From Melioribacteraceae bacterium (GTDB lineage Bacteria > Bacteroidota > Ignavibacteria > Ignavibacteriales > Melioribacteraceae), in contig JAEINS010000018.1 in NCBI GenBank assembly GCA_016342755.1, positions 19,279 to 83,278 on the forward strand: a stretch of DNA of 64,000 nt. The letters run 5' to 3'. A model generated the notes under the pieces. It saw only the letters and a program-made list of their open reading frames with translations. It was not told the origin of the DNA and searched no databases. The position numbers and the translations under genes were made by a program. Below are positions 45,423 to 56,184 of this stretch, piece after piece; within the stretch, counting starts at the first letter, position 1; every line of letters starts with the position of its first letter.

Positions 45423-47684
45423 ATGACAGCTAACATTGATATGATAAAAAAAGTGTATGCGGAATTTAAAACAAAACAAGGTGCCGCGCGAACATTACTT
45501 GGCAAACCACTAACATTCGCGGAAAAAATATTATACTCTCACCTTTGGACATCAGCAAACTCGCCTTTTGAAAGAGGAAAAGATTATGTAGAATTGGCAC
45601 CGGACAGAGTTGCAATGCAGGATGCAACAGCACAGATGGCTCTTCTTCAATTTCTGCATGCTGAAAGAGAGACTGCCGCGGTTCCTTCAACAATTCATTG
45701 CGATCATTTAATTCAGGCAAAAGTCGGATCGGATGAAGACCTTAACCGCGCCAAAGATGAAAATAAAGAAGTTTATGATTTTTTAGAAAGTGTAGCAAAA
45801 AAACATGACCTGGGTTTTTGGAAACCGGGAGCAGGAATTATACATCAGGTAGTTTTAGAAAATTATGCGTTCCCCGGCGGAATGATGATTGGAACTGATT
45901 CTCACACTCCTAATGCCGGCGGATTAGGAATGATTGCTATTGGTGTTGGCGGCGCGGATGCTGTTGATGTAATGGCCGGAATGCCATGGGAACTTAAATG
46001 GCCTAAATTAATTGGAATTAAATTAACCGGAAAACTTTCCGGCTGGACTTCCCCTAAAGATGTTATTCTTAAAGTTGCCGGAATTCTTACTGTTAAGGGC
46101 GGAACCGGAGCTATTGTTGAATACTTTGGTGATGGCGCTAACTCAATTTCATGTACCGGTAAAGGAACAATCTGTAACATGGGTGCGGAAATTGGTGCTA
46201 CGACTTCACTTTTTGGATACGATGAAAAAATGGCGGCTTATTTAAGAAGTACTGATAGAAATGATGTTGCTGATTTAGCAAATGAAGTTAAAGATTATTT
46301 AACAGCCGATCCTGAAGTTTATTCTGAACCGGAAAAATATTTTGATGAAGTATTTGAAATAAACTTAGATGAACTGGAACCTCACTTAAACGGTCCTTTT
46401 ACTCCGGATAAAGCATGGCCTGTTTCTAAAATGAAAGAAGCCGCTAAGGAAAACAATTTCCCGGAAACTTTAAGTGTTGGTTTAATCGGGAGCTGTACAA
46501 ATTCAAGCTACGAGGATATTGACAGAGCGGCAAATATTGCTAAACAGGCAATGGAAAAAGGATTGACCGCTAAAGCTTTATATAATATTACTCCGGGTTC
46601 AGAACAAGTACGGGCTACTATTGAACGTGACGGACAACTAAAAACACTTACCGATTTTGGCGGAACAGTTATGGCAAACGCCTGCGGACCATGTATTGGT
46701 ATGTGGAAACGTCTGGATAACGAATCTGGTGACAGGAACTCTATTGTAACTTCATTTAATAGAAACTTTGCAAAACGTAATGACGGTAATCCAAATACTT
46801 TAGCGTTTGTTGCTAGTCCGGAAATGGTTACAGCACTTACTATTGCCGGTACAATCACTTTTAATCCCGATACAGACAAGCTTATAAATGATAAAGGTGA
46901 AGAAGTTAAATTGAATTCACCTTATGGTGATGAACTTCCCGCGGATGGATTCTTAAAAGATATTGAAGGATTTATACCACAGCAGGGTTATAATGCTGAT
47001 GTTAATATACAAGTAAGTGCGGACAGCAAACGTTTACAGCTTCTGGAAAAATTTAAAGCATGGGACGGTTCAGATTACGAAGGTTTACCTTTGCTGATTA
47101 AAGCTAAAGGCAAGTGTACAACTGATCATATTTCGATGGCTGGTCCCTGGTTAAAATTCCGTGGACATCTGGATAATATTTCCGACAATATGCTGATGGG
47201 TGCAACTAACTCATTTTATGAAGAAAACGGTCAGACAAAAAATCTGTTCACCGGAGAATATTCTGATGTAAACAAGGTTGCGAGAGATTATAAAGCCCGC
47301 GGACTTGGCTGGATTGTAGTTGGTGACGAAAATTACGGCGAAGGTTCGTCACGTGAACATGCTGCAATGGAACCTAGACACTTAGGAGGCAAAGCTGTAA
47401 TAGTAAAAAGCTTTGCGCGTATTCATGAAACTAACCTTAAAAAGCAGGGGATGCTTCCATTAACTTTTGATAATCCATCTGATTATGATAAAATTAGAGA
47501 AGATGATAAGCTAAGTATAATTGGCTTAACTGACTTTACTCCTGGAAAACCACTAACTTTAGTAATTAAACATTCTGATGATACTTCTGAAGAAGTTGTT
47601 GTAAATCATACTTTTAATAAAAATCAGATTGAGTGGTTTAAGGCCGGTAGTGCGTTGAATTTAATTGCAAGTCAAAACAAATAA
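45423..47684 (+). CDS. Aconitate hydratase (about 750-aa mitochondrial-type aconitase)
   Basis: [34 protein letters not shown] and [11 protein letters not shown] motifs. Confidence 0.9.
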   Translation: MTANIDMIKKVYAEFKTKQGAARTLLGKPLTFAEKILYSHLWTSANSPFERGKDYVELAPDRVAMQDATAQMALLQFLHAERETAAVPSTIHCDHLIQAKVGSDEDLNRAKDENKEVYDFLESVAKKHDLGFWKPGAGIIHQVVLENYAFPGGMMIGTDSHTPNAGGLGMIAIGVGGADAVDVMAGMPWELKWPKLIGIKLTGKLSGWTSPKDVILKVAGILTVKGGTGAIVEYFGDGANSISCTGKGTICNMGAEIGATTSLFGYDEKMAAYLRSTDRNDVADLANEVKDYLTADPEVYSEPEKYFDEVFEINLDELEPHLNGPFTPDKAWPVSKMKEAAKENNFPETLSVGLIGSCTNSSYEDIDRAANIAKQAMEKGLTAKALYNITPGSEQVRATIERDGQLKTLTDFGGTVMANACGPCIGMWKRLDNESGDRNSIVTSFNRNFAKRNDGNPNTLAFVASPEMVTALTIAGTITFNPDTDKLINDKGEEVKLNSPYGDELPADGFLKDIEGFIPQQGYNADVNIQVSADSKRLQLLEKFKAWDGSDYEGLPLLIKAKGKCTTDHISMAGPWLKFRGHLDNISDNMLMGATNSFYEENGQTKNLFTGEYSDVNKVARDYKARGLGWIVVGDENYGEGSSREHAAMEPRHLGGKAVIVKSFARIHETNLKKQGMLPLTFDNPSDYDKIREDDKLSIIGLTDFTPGKPLTLVIKHSDDTSEEVVVNHTFNKNQIEWFKAGSALNLIASQNK

Positions 47685-47690
47685 AATCTT

Positions 47691-47728
47691 AAAGATGACA
47701 TCTTTTTAAAAGATGTCATCTTTTTTTT
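47691..47728. terminator. Bidirectional terminator between aconitase and FTCD, with the same 15-bp stem as 6538-6570
   Basis: AAAGATGACATCTTT-tta-AAAGATGTCATCTTT followed by TTTTT. Confidence 0.75.
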
Positions 47729-47733
47729 GCAAA

Positions 47734-49566
47734 CTAACCTAACTTAGCTTCAACTTTTTCTAATACAGAATCTAAAAGTCTTTTAGCTTTCAACTTAAGT
47801 TCAGAACATGTATTTCTCATTTCACTATTAAATTTTTCATCTTTAATATCTTTTAAATTTATCAGCACATTATAAATTCCGCCAATAACACCGGTAAAAG
47901 CTATATGCGCACCAACACCCACATCTGTTATAGAATTAGGATTACCATACTCAACAACTAATGACGCGGCTTCAATAGCCTCGTAACTTAATTTAGCGGT
48001 ATTCAGCGGAACCATTACAGCTTCTTTTAATCCATCAAGCATAGCCGCTTCTCTAACTGTTTTTTCTTCGGCAGTTTTATTTGGAAGTCTGCGCGCGTCC
48101 ATATATGAGTTAAAAGCATTTGTATCATCATCCACAGCTTTAACTAATATATGTTTTATATTCTGGCATTTATCCGCAGCTTTATTAAGAATATCATCAG
48201 CCTTTTCACTTCCTCTGTTATTAGACGATAAATTGCTTACCATTGATGATAACGACGCACCCAGAGCACCGGCTAATGCGGCAATTGATCCGCCGCCGGG
48301 AGCTGGAGATTCGCGTGAAACTTCATCACAAAAATCAGTGACTTTCATTTCTACCAATGCATTATCCTGATTTTTAGGAAGCCCTAAAACACGTTCTTCC
48401 AAAATAAAATCAGCAACATCTGTCAGACCTAAAGACTGCAAAGCTGTATTTAGAATATCTCTAATCGGGATTCCGACAGAACGGCCTTGTTTTCTTAAAT
48501 AATATTTTCCCGTTTTCATCAATGCGGGAAACGGAACCATCCCTACAATTTCACTTCCAGTTACAACTAATCCTCTTTTGGCTGCAAGTTCTCTTGTTGT
48601 TTCTATAACATGGTGCATCGATGTAACATTATAATTTGTTAAGTTTATTGAAATCTGTGCTCTGTCATAATTAGGAACCATCCAGCCAATGGCTTTACAG
48701 TTTTTATAAATACCAGGTTTCTTAACTGATTCACTATCAATTTTTTTTATATCTATTCCATTCTCTTTTAACAAATCTACTAAATCATATCCGTGTTCTT
48801 TTTTACAGTGCTCAATTGTTTCTTCTATTGTCGTTCCGTCAAAATCGCATGAACCGCATGGATAATTGCCTTCAGTATATTTTAAAATTTTTGTTCCTTT
48901 GTAATAATAAGGCTCAATATTTCCTCTTCTGGCTGAACGGCCTTTTTCTCTTAGCTCAAATGCTATATCAGTTGCATGAAGTTTTTCTCTTGTATTTAAA
49001 CTGATGTTATAGGCAATTAGAAATTCTCTTACACCAATAACTGTAGCACCGGCAGAAGCATTAAATTCGGCGGGACCAAAATCCGGTTTCCATTCTTCTT
49101 TTTTTAATTTCTCCGGTAAAGCTTCATATTCACCCTGGCGGATCTTTGCCAGATTTTCCCGTTCCGGAATCCGGGCAGATTTTTCATACAGATAGACCGG
49201 GATTTTTAATTCTTCTCCAACCCGCTTAGCAACTTCTTTAGAAAGTTCAACACAATCATCAACAGTTACTCCGCTAACCGGAATAAACGGACAAACGTCA
49301 GTAGCGCCCATTCTTGGATGTGAACCCTGATGTTTCCTCATATCAATTAATTCCGCGGCCTTTTTTATAGCTTGGAAAGCTGCTTCTTTAACACCTTTTG
49401 GAGAGCCTACAAATGTTACTACTGTTCTATTCATATCTGGTCCGGGATCAACATCAAGCAGTTTTACATCATCAATTTTTTCAATTTCGTCAGTTATCTG
49501 TTTTATTACAGAAAGGTCTTTTCCTTCAGAAAAATTTGGTACACATTCAATTAATTTTTCGTGCAT
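47734..49566 (-). CDS. ftcD: Bifunctional glutamate formimidoyltransferase / formimidoyl-THF cyclodeaminase, carrying an internal insertion
   Basis: N-terminal CVPNFSEG, HPRMGA.D and IGW...Y..AQIS.NL blocks. The C-terminal helical cyclodeaminase domain has PAPGGGS.AAL.GALGA. Confidence 0.85.
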   Translation of the reverse strand: MHEKLIECVPNFSEGKDLSVIKQITDEIEKIDDVKLLDVDPGPDMNRTVVTFVGSPKGVKEAAFQAIKKAAELIDMRKHQGSHPRMGATDVCPFIPVSGVTVDDCVELSKEVAKRVGEELKIPVYLYEKSARIPERENLAKIRQGEYEALPEKLKKEEWKPDFGPAEFNASAGATVIGVREFLIAYNISLNTREKLHATDIAFELREKGRSARRGNIEPYYYKGTKILKYTEGNYPCGSCDFDGTTIEETIEHCKKEHGYDLVDLLKENGIDIKKIDSESVKKPGIYKNCKAIGWMVPNYDRAQISINLTNYNVTSMHHVIETTRELAAKRGLVVTGSEIVGMVPFPALMKTGKYYLRKQGRSVGIPIRDILNTALQSLGLTDVADFILEERVLGLPKNQDNALVEMKVTDFCDEVSRESPAPGGGSIAALAGALGASLSSMVSNLSSNNRGSEKADDILNKAADKCQNIKHILVKAVDDDTNAFNSYMDARRLPNKTAEEKTVREAAMLDGLKEAVMVPLNTAKLSYEAIEAASLVVEYGNPNSITDVGVGAHIAFTGVIGGIYNVLINLKDIKDEKFNSEMRNTCSELKLKAKRLLDSVLEKVEAKLG

Positions 49567-49591
49567 TATTTCCTCAATTTATATTAGTCAA

Positions 49592-50689
49592 TCACCTGTT
49601 ATCATTAAAATTAGAACTTAAATTATAATATTTGGGAAGCATATTAGCAACGCCTTGTTTAGCCCAGTATCCGTGCACTTCGTACGGATAAGTGTCTTGC
49701 GCTATTCCATAATTATCAATTATCACTTCGTCCGATAAAATTTTTATATATGAAGTAAGATCTTCATCATCATCTATTTTTACGCATAGATAATTTTTAA
49801 ACTTTAGTAGTTTTTCATTTTTAATTCCGCCTGAAAAAAAGATAGAATCAGCATCTGTTATTTCATCTATAAAATATTCTCTATCCATAACACGATTACT
49901 TAATTCTTGAATAATACTTAGCTGATAATTTTCTTCTTCAAAATTATTTCTCCATAAAGAATTCAAAAAGTTTTCTTGTGAAAGTTTATAAGTATTATTT
50001 CTTTCTTCTATCCATTCTTCTTTTCTTTCTGGAAAATCTTTAATAAGATCAACAAATTGAGGATTTATCAAATACCTGAGCTTTTTTGTGTATTTGTTAT
50101 ATTCAAAATATTTTAGATAACAATTTATTTTATAACCTAAAGCAAAGTTTTTAATAACAATCGGTTTGCTAGTTTTAGCTTCAAGTGTTGACAGTGCTTT
50201 CCAGTTAAAATCAATATAAAGCTCATTCTCTAATTCACATTCATCAGAGTAATCTGAAAAACCTAGAAACAGTTTTCTAAAAATTTTGAATGAATCTTGC
50301 CAATCCTCATCCTTTTTTGCTTCCACATTAATTTCATCAAGATCATAAATTCTCTCTTCAAGTTTAACATCCAGTTTTTTTTCAGAATCAGATTTAACAA
50401 AAACCGTTTTAGAAATTTGTTTATATCCAATAATCGAAAATACAATTTCATGATCGCCGGGAGGAATATTCTTGATTTTATAAATTCCGTGTTCATCTGT
50501 TGTAGTTCCCCAAAGTGTACCCGAGATAAAAATATTTACACCAATTATTGGTTTATTTGCTGATTTTTCCAGAACTGATCCGCTAATTAAAGATTTACTA
50601 TTTTGAGCAATTAAAGAAGTGCTGTAAAAAGATAAAACCACTAAAATTTTTAGAATAAAATATCTTTTCATTGTTTCCCCAAAAAACAA
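49592..50689 (-). CDS. Carboxypeptidase-regulatory-like (CarbopepD_reg) domain protein
   Basis: Signal peptide, then SGSVLEKSANKPIIGVNIFISGT.WGTTTDEHGIYKIKNIPPGDHEIVFS.IGY. Confidence 0.65.
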   Translation of the reverse strand: MFFGETMKRYFILKILVVLSFYSTSLIAQNSKSLISGSVLEKSANKPIIGVNIFISGTLWGTTTDEHGIYKIKNIPPGDHEIVFSIIGYKQISKTVFVKSDSEKKLDVKLEERIYDLDEINVEAKKDEDWQDSFKIFRKLFLGFSDYSDECELENELYIDFNWKALSTLEAKTSKPIVIKNFALGYKINCYLKYFEYNKYTKKLRYLINPQFVDLIKDFPERKEEWIEERNNTYKLSQENFLNSLWRNNFEEENYQLSIIQELSNRVMDREYFIDEITDADSIFFSGGIKNEKLLKFKNYLCVKIDDDEDLTSYIKILSDEVIIDNYGIAQDTYPYEVHGYWAKQGVANMLPKYYNLSSNFNDNR

Positions 50690-50776
50690 GAATTAATAAA
50701 ACAGATTACTTGAAAAATACAATAATTTTCCGATAATAACGCATTACAACTTTCTAATATTTTACTGAGTTTTTTT

Positions 50777-51163
50777 ATGGGTTCACAACAATTAGTAATT
50801 TATACAATTGTTATAATAATGGTAGTAATATTTATAACCCAGGGTTATTCTTATTATTTAAGTTATGAACAAAACAGTAACCGCGATCAGCTTTTATCGC
50901 AGATTAATATTCTTATTAATTCAGCTAAAGAATTTCAAAAAAAACATTCTGATTTAGGCGGAGGAAGCGGAGTTTATGAATCATGGCAACCTAATTCTAA
51001 ATTACAATTAGCTGAAATTGGAACAATCCGTTATAAAATATACAGCAACAGAATAAATTTTTTAGGTGTTGGTGTTATTAAAGGGCAAAACACAGATGAA
51101 AAAGTTATAGTACATGTAAAATTAAGAGATGATAAAAAAACCTTTGTGAATATTTTAAATTAG
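50777..51163 (+). CDS. Hypothetical membrane-anchored protein
   Basis: 128 aa with a single N-terminal TM helix. I recognised no family. Confidence 0.45.
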   Translation: MGSQQLVIYTIVIIMVVIFITQGYSYYLSYEQNSNRDQLLSQINILINSAKEFQKKHSDLGGGSGVYESWQPNSKLQLAEIGTIRYKIYSNRINFLGVGVIKGQNTDEKVIVHVKLRDDKKTFVNILN

Positions 51164-51174
51164 TAGAGGATCTT

Positions 51175-52854
51175 TTGGCTCAGAATGATAATTATCTTTT
51201 GTTTTTAATTGCTCAGGCAAAAGACGGAAACAAAAACAAATATCTTGAATTTTGTGAACTCTATTATGATGAGATTTTCAAAATAATATTGCAGCTTATA
51301 CCTAGTGATGAACTGGCAGGCGAGCTAACCACAGAAGTATTTATATCTGCTTTTGATAGTTTAAAATATGTTCAGGAAGATACTCCTTTTACCGACTGGC
51401 TAAAAAGTATTGCAATCCGTAATTCATTAAACCTCTTAAAAACGCTGGAAACTGAGGTAGATTTCTCTGCCAATATTCATAATCAGGAATACTTAGAAAA
51501 TAGTTCATCTGATTTTAACGATGTATTAATCAACTTTTTAAGATTATCAGCTAAACTTAGAATTTCATATGTACTCTATTATTTTGATGAATACAACGAA
51601 AATGAAGTTATTGAATTAGTAGCAAAACTATTTGATGATAAAGATGAAAATATTTTAAAAGACGCTCATGAAAAGCTGGTCGCAAATACAAATTATCAAT
51701 TAATTACAGATCCAAATCTTGGCTGGAAAGCTATTGAAAATATTGAAGGTGAATTGCCTGAAAACCTTGCGCAGATTAAAGAGTTAATTGATGATTTAAA
51801 AGACAGATTCAATATTTACTTTAGAAGCATAGATTCCTCGGCTGAAATTATATCTGATATACGCGCAATTTTATTGGAAACTTCTTTACAAAAGGCTGAC
51901 GAAGAGAAAGCTAAAAGGACTAAGATAAGAGAAGCTCTTATTAGCAGGGCAAAAAAAGAAACGAAGGAAAAACTTACTCCAAAACCGGAAATTATAGAAG
52001 AGAAAAAAGAATCAGTTCCCAAAAAACCAAAACTGGTTCCAATTATAAAATGGGCTGCTTTTTTTATCGCTCTTTTCTTTTGTTATTATGTTTTTGTAAT
52101 GCCAAAATCCGGCGATGGCTGGCAAATTGCAGAAACTACCGGTACAATTTATAGTGACGGAAAACCGTTCACAGATAATGAAATTGTAGAATCGCATAAA
52201 TACTCCACTGACGATGATTCGCAGTTTGAACTTTCTAAAAGTGATTTAGGAAAAATAAGGTTGTTCGAAAATACGTCTATAATTATTAATGAGAATAGAT
52301 ACAAAAAAAATTCCATTAAATTTATTGAAGGTAAACTGCAAATTACATCACTAGGAAAAACTTTTGACAGATACGATATAATTGAATTACCAGAAGGTTA
52401 CATAATTGATAAAGGCGGAAATTATATAATTGAAATTAATAAGTATGGAAATGGAAACTTAACCATAGATGACGGATATTTAATTATAAAATCAGAAAAC
52501 ATTGAAACAATTTTAACCACAGAAAGTACATTGCAAATTTTTAATAACAAAATCGGACTTCCGGTACATATAAATTCCAGCGAAAAACTTAAACTTGCTG
52601 TCGGAAGTTATGATAAAAGTAAAAATTTGAATTCAGTACTGTTTCTATTAAAAAAGGAAAACATTGATCTTCAGGGAATTACAATTTGGAATCTGTTCGC
52701 GGGATTGGAAAACGGAAAAGAGAGAGAAGAATTATTTGAAATGTTAAAAGAAAGATTTAATCTATTAGATGAACTGAAAGATTTTAGCTCAATTAAAAAT
52801 AACGATGAAAATTTTAGAAAACTGCGTGATGAAATTTACTGGCAGCTTTATTAA
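51175..52854 (+). CDS. Sigma-70 region2/region4-like domain fused through a TM helix to a FecR-like extracytoplasmic domain (TTG start)
   Basis: N-terminal ...ELTTEVFISAF......FTDWLKSIAIRNSLNLLK, a charged linker, TM helix WAAFFIALFFCYYVFV, then a FecR-like beta-rich region. Confidence 0.6.
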   Translation: MAQNDNYLLFLIAQAKDGNKNKYLEFCELYYDEIFKIILQLIPSDELAGELTTEVFISAFDSLKYVQEDTPFTDWLKSIAIRNSLNLLKTLETEVDFSANIHNQEYLENSSSDFNDVLINFLRLSAKLRISYVLYYFDEYNENEVIELVAKLFDDKDENILKDAHEKLVANTNYQLITDPNLGWKAIENIEGELPENLAQIKELIDDLKDRFNIYFRSIDSSAEIISDIRAILLETSLQKADEEKAKRTKIREALISRAKKETKEKLTPKPEIIEEKKESVPKKPKLVPIIKWAAFFIALFFCYYVFVMPKSGDGWQIAETTGTIYSDGKPFTDNEIVESHKYSTDDDSQFELSKSDLGKIRLFENTSIIINENRYKKNSIKFIEGKLQITSLGKTFDRYDIIELPEGYIIDKGGNYIIEINKYGNGNLTIDDGYLIIKSENIETILTTESTLQIFNNKIGLPVHINSSEKLKLAVGSYDKSKNLNSVLFLLKKENIDLQGITIWNLFAGLENGKEREELFEMLKERFNLLDELKDFSSIKNNDENFRKLRDEIYWQLY

Positions 52855-55800
52855 TCACTGGAAAACTTAGTAAAAAGGTAGTTCCTTCACCCTTTTTGCT
52901 TTTAACACTGATATCAATTTCATTTAGTTCACAATAGTTTTTAACAAGTGCCAGGCCTAATCCATTCCCTTCAAATTTTCTTGAATAGCCCTGCTCTTCT
53001 TGCGAAAACGCGCTAAAAATACTTGGAAGGAAATCATCTGCTATGCCAATTCCGGTATCTGAAACCATCACAACTAATTGGTCTTTCCCATTATTGAGAA
53101 CTTTAATTTTAACATTTCCGGTCTTAGTATATTTAATAGCGTTATCAATTAAGTTTTGAAATATTTGATTGACCGTATATTCATCAGCCCTTATTAAACT
53201 ATTTTTAGAATTCACTTCTAATTGAAGTACCAGCCCTTTGCCTTTAGCTTTCTGCTTAAACTCTATATACATACGGGATAATACACTTTTTACCAGGTCA
53301 AATTCCTTAATTATAGGATCATAAGTGTTTGTCTGAAATTGTGACATATCCAATATTAAATTAATTGTTCTGACAATTCTTTCGCCTGCACCGTCTATTA
53401 TCTTAAAATATTCAGTTAAACTTTTACCAATTCTAAAACCAATATCAGTTTTAATAAGAAATACAAAATTTAGAATAGTATTAATAGGAGTTCTAATTTC
53501 GTGAGACATTTGCGCAAGGAATTCAGTTTTTAATTTATCAGCTCTTTTAAGAGCGGTAATTTCCTTTTCCTTCTGAATATTATTGTATCTGACAATACCG
53601 TAAATTAAAAGCGAGATTAAAATAAAATATGTTGAAATTGCCCACACGGTTCTATACGGGGGTGTTTCTACCGAAATAGCTAAAACCGTTTTTTCATCAG
53701 ACCAGATGCCATCACTATTTGAGCATTTAACTAAAAGTGAAAATTCACCTGGAGGAAGATCAGTATAAACAATATAACGTCTGTTATTTATATTATGCCA
53801 GTCTTTATCAAAGCCTTCCAGATAGTAAGAATATTTATTCCCGGTGGATTTTGTATAATGAAGAGCGGCAACCTTAACGGTTAATATTCTGTTATTATGA
53901 TCTAGATTGATCTTTGAAATATTATTTTCCAAATCACCATTAGTTATAATTTTGGTTTTGCCTATCAATTTCCCGTCAACTTCAATATCGCTAATTACAA
54001 TGTCCGGAGGATTTCCATTTATTTTTACCTGATCAGGATAAAAAGAATTATATCCATTTATACCGCCAAAATAAACCTTACCGGTTTTATCCTTATAATA
54101 AGAACCCGAAACATATTGTAAGCCCTGCACTTCTCCTTTATTATTATAACGCTGCGATTCACCCGATTGTATATTCAGGTAAATTAGACCATTGTTAGTA
54201 CTTATCCATAACTTCTTTTCCCCAACCTCTACGATACCAAGTATTGCATCGCCAGCCAGATAATTCTCTTTAAACTTTTCATTTGCTGAATCGAAACAAT
54301 TTAATCCGTTGTTAGTACCAATCCAGATTTTACCATCTAATGTTTTTTGAAGGGATAATATAAAATCATCTTTTAATCCGGCGGAATTTCCCTTTTTAAA
54401 ACTTTTAATTTTATTTGTTCTTTTGTTTAATACTTTAAGACCGTCTCCGTAAGTACCAAATATTAAATTATCATTGTCATCTTCACAAATTGCTGAAACA
54501 TAATTGTAATTCTGATTTACAGAGGTGTTTATTTCATAATTAATGAAACAATTTTTTTCTTCGTCAAATTTGCTTAATCCCCTTGCAGAACCAATCCAGA
54601 GGTTATCTTCTGAATCATTGAATAATGATAATACTCTTCGTGACAGCAGACTTTTATTATCGCCAGGAACCGGATAATAGTGTTTAAACTTTCCATTTTT
54701 AAGATTCATTAAGTCTAATCCGCCAGAAGTCCCAATCCAAAGCTCATGTTCTCTTTTAATAAGTAGGGCTCTAACATCGTTATTACTAATAGAATTTTTG
54801 CCTGAATTATGTTTTAGAGTATTAAATGACTGTAAGGAATTATTGTAGATATTTAGTCCGTTTGCAGAACCAATAAATACATCGTTATTCTTTCCTATAG
54901 CAAAAGAATTAATCTGGCTATTAGAAAGGTTTGTGTTATTTAGTTTTGTTGTAACGTCGTACGTATTAAACTTATTACGACTTTTATCATATTTACTGAT
55001 GCCAATATTAGTTCCAATCCAGATTATATCGGTATCATCTTTATATATATCATAAATCTGATTGTGGGATAAACTTTTTCTGTCAAATTCAGAATGGGTA
55101 TACAGCTTTACATTGCGATTGTTTTTATTGAATAAAACCAATCCGGATCTTGTTCCCAACAAAAGATTGTTTTCATCAAATTCTGATATAAAAAACGTAT
55201 TATTTGTTGAGCCGGGTTCTGCCCCGGGTTTTAGAATAATTTGTTCAAACTTATTTTTCTTAACATCATATCTTGTTAAACCTAAATAACTGCCCAGCCA
55301 TAATACAGATTCATTTTCTACGAAAATTGTCCATGTGTAATTATGTATCGGTGAATTTTTATCATTTATTTTGTTATTAAATCTTATAAATTTATTTGAG
55401 TTCCTGTTCCATTTATAAAGTCCACCATAAGTGCCGCAGTAATATATTGAATCATTCAACTGTTCAATTGCCCAGACATAGTTATGCAGATTATCAGTTT
55501 TGTCAATATCAAAGCGGGTAAAATCTTCCGTTTCATAATTAAAAATATTGAAGCCGTTATCAGTACCAATTATAAGATCACCCTTACGATCTTCAAAAAT
55601 TACTCTTACATCATTTCCCGAAATTGAACGATCATTATTCTTATCATTTTTATACACTTTAAACTTTTCAGTTTCTGAATCAAATAGATTTAATCCCCCT
55701 CCAAGAGTCCCGACCCAGATATTATTTTTGCTATCCTCAAATACTTCTACAACAACCTTTGAGCTTAAACTTGCATCATCACCGGGTATTGTTTTATAAA

Positions 55801-55939
55801 CTTCAAATTCGTAGCCGTTATATTTATTAAGTCCGTCAGCGGTGCCAAACCACATATAACCATGATGATCTTTAACAATGCTAAAAACACTGCTTTGCGA
55901 TAAACCGTCTTCATTAGAAATGTTATCGAATTTTAACAA
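52814..55939 (-). CDS. Sensor histidine kinase with a large periplasmic beta-propeller-repeat + Y_Y_Y-type region (no receiver domain)
   Basis: Repeated ..W.GT..GL..(Y/F) blades, TM helix VWAISTYFILISLLIYGIV, H-box FLAQMSHEIRTP, and N/G boxes (NLIDNAIKYT, DTGIGI, GNGLGLA). The reading frame stays open upstream to 56047 and encodes a signal peptide (see findings). Confidence 0.85.
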   Translation of the reverse strand: MLKFDNISNEDGLSQSSVFSIVKDHHGYMWFGTADGLNKYNGYEFEVYKTIPGDDASLSSKVVVEVFEDSKNNIWVGTLGGGLNLFDSETEKFKVYKNDKNNDRSISGNDVRVIFEDRKGDLIIGTDNGFNIFNYETEDFTRFDIDKTDNLHNYVWAIEQLNDSIYYCGTYGGLYKWNRNSNKFIRFNNKINDKNSPIHNYTWTIFVENESVLWLGSYLGLTRYDVKKNKFEQIILKPGAEPGSTNNTFFISEFDENNLLLGTRSGLVLFNKNNRNVKLYTHSEFDRKSLSHNQIYDIYKDDTDIIWIGTNIGISKYDKSRNKFNTYDVTTKLNNTNLSNSQINSFAIGKNNDVFIGSANGLNIYNNSLQSFNTLKHNSGKNSISNNDVRALLIKREHELWIGTSGGLDLMNLKNGKFKHYYPVPGDNKSLLSRRVLSLFNDSEDNLWIGSARGLSKFDEEKNCFINYEINTSVNQNYNYVSAICEDDNDNLIFGTYGDGLKVLNKRTNKIKSFKKGNSAGLKDDFILSLQKTLDGKIWIGTNNGLNCFDSANEKFKENYLAGDAILGIVEVGEKKLWISTNNGLIYLNIQSGESQRYNNKGEVQGLQYVSGSYYKDKTGKVYFGGINGYNSFYPDQVKINGNPPDIVISDIEVDGKLIGKTKIITNGDLENNISKINLDHNNRILTVKVAALHYTKSTGNKYSYYLEGFDKDWHNINNRRYIVYTDLPPGEFSLLVKCSNSDGIWSDEKTVLAISVETPPYRTVWAISTYFILISLLIYGIVRYNNIQKEKEITALKRADKLKTEFLAQMSHEIRTPINTILNFVFLIKTDIGFRIGKSLTEYFKIIDGAGERIVRTINLILDMSQFQTNTYDPIIKEFDLVKSVLSRMYIEFKQKAKGKGLVLQLEVNSKNSLIRADEYTVNQIFQNLIDNAIKYTKTGNVKIKVLNNGKDQLVVMVSDTGIGIADDFLPSIFSAFSQEEQGYSRKFEGNGLGLALVKNYCELNEIDISVKSKKGEGTTFLLSFPVINKAASKFHHAVF

Positions 55940-56184
55940 TTCCGGCTGGCTAAATAAACTTGTTCTTAAACATATAATTAAAACAAATTGAAATGTATAT
56001 TTGCTTAGCTTAATAATAGATCTCCGGGTACTATTAGTTTTTCTGTTTTAATATAAAAAAAATAATCTTTTTTTTCCTGGAAACAAAACCCGGCTATTCT
56101 TTTTGTATAAAAATATAGATAAATATAAATTGTTTTAATACATTCAAATTGTCCAATTAAAAATATATTGAGAAGAGATTCTAA

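Noticed and set aside
52814-52854. A 41-nt convergent 3' overlap between the sigma/FecR-like gene and the propeller kinase. There are similar overlaps of 4 nt at 3261-3264 and 8 nt at 42399-42406.
   Set aside because: Short convergent overlaps are common in compact genomes, and both ORFs have intact C-terminal domains. I saw no evidence of a special mechanism.
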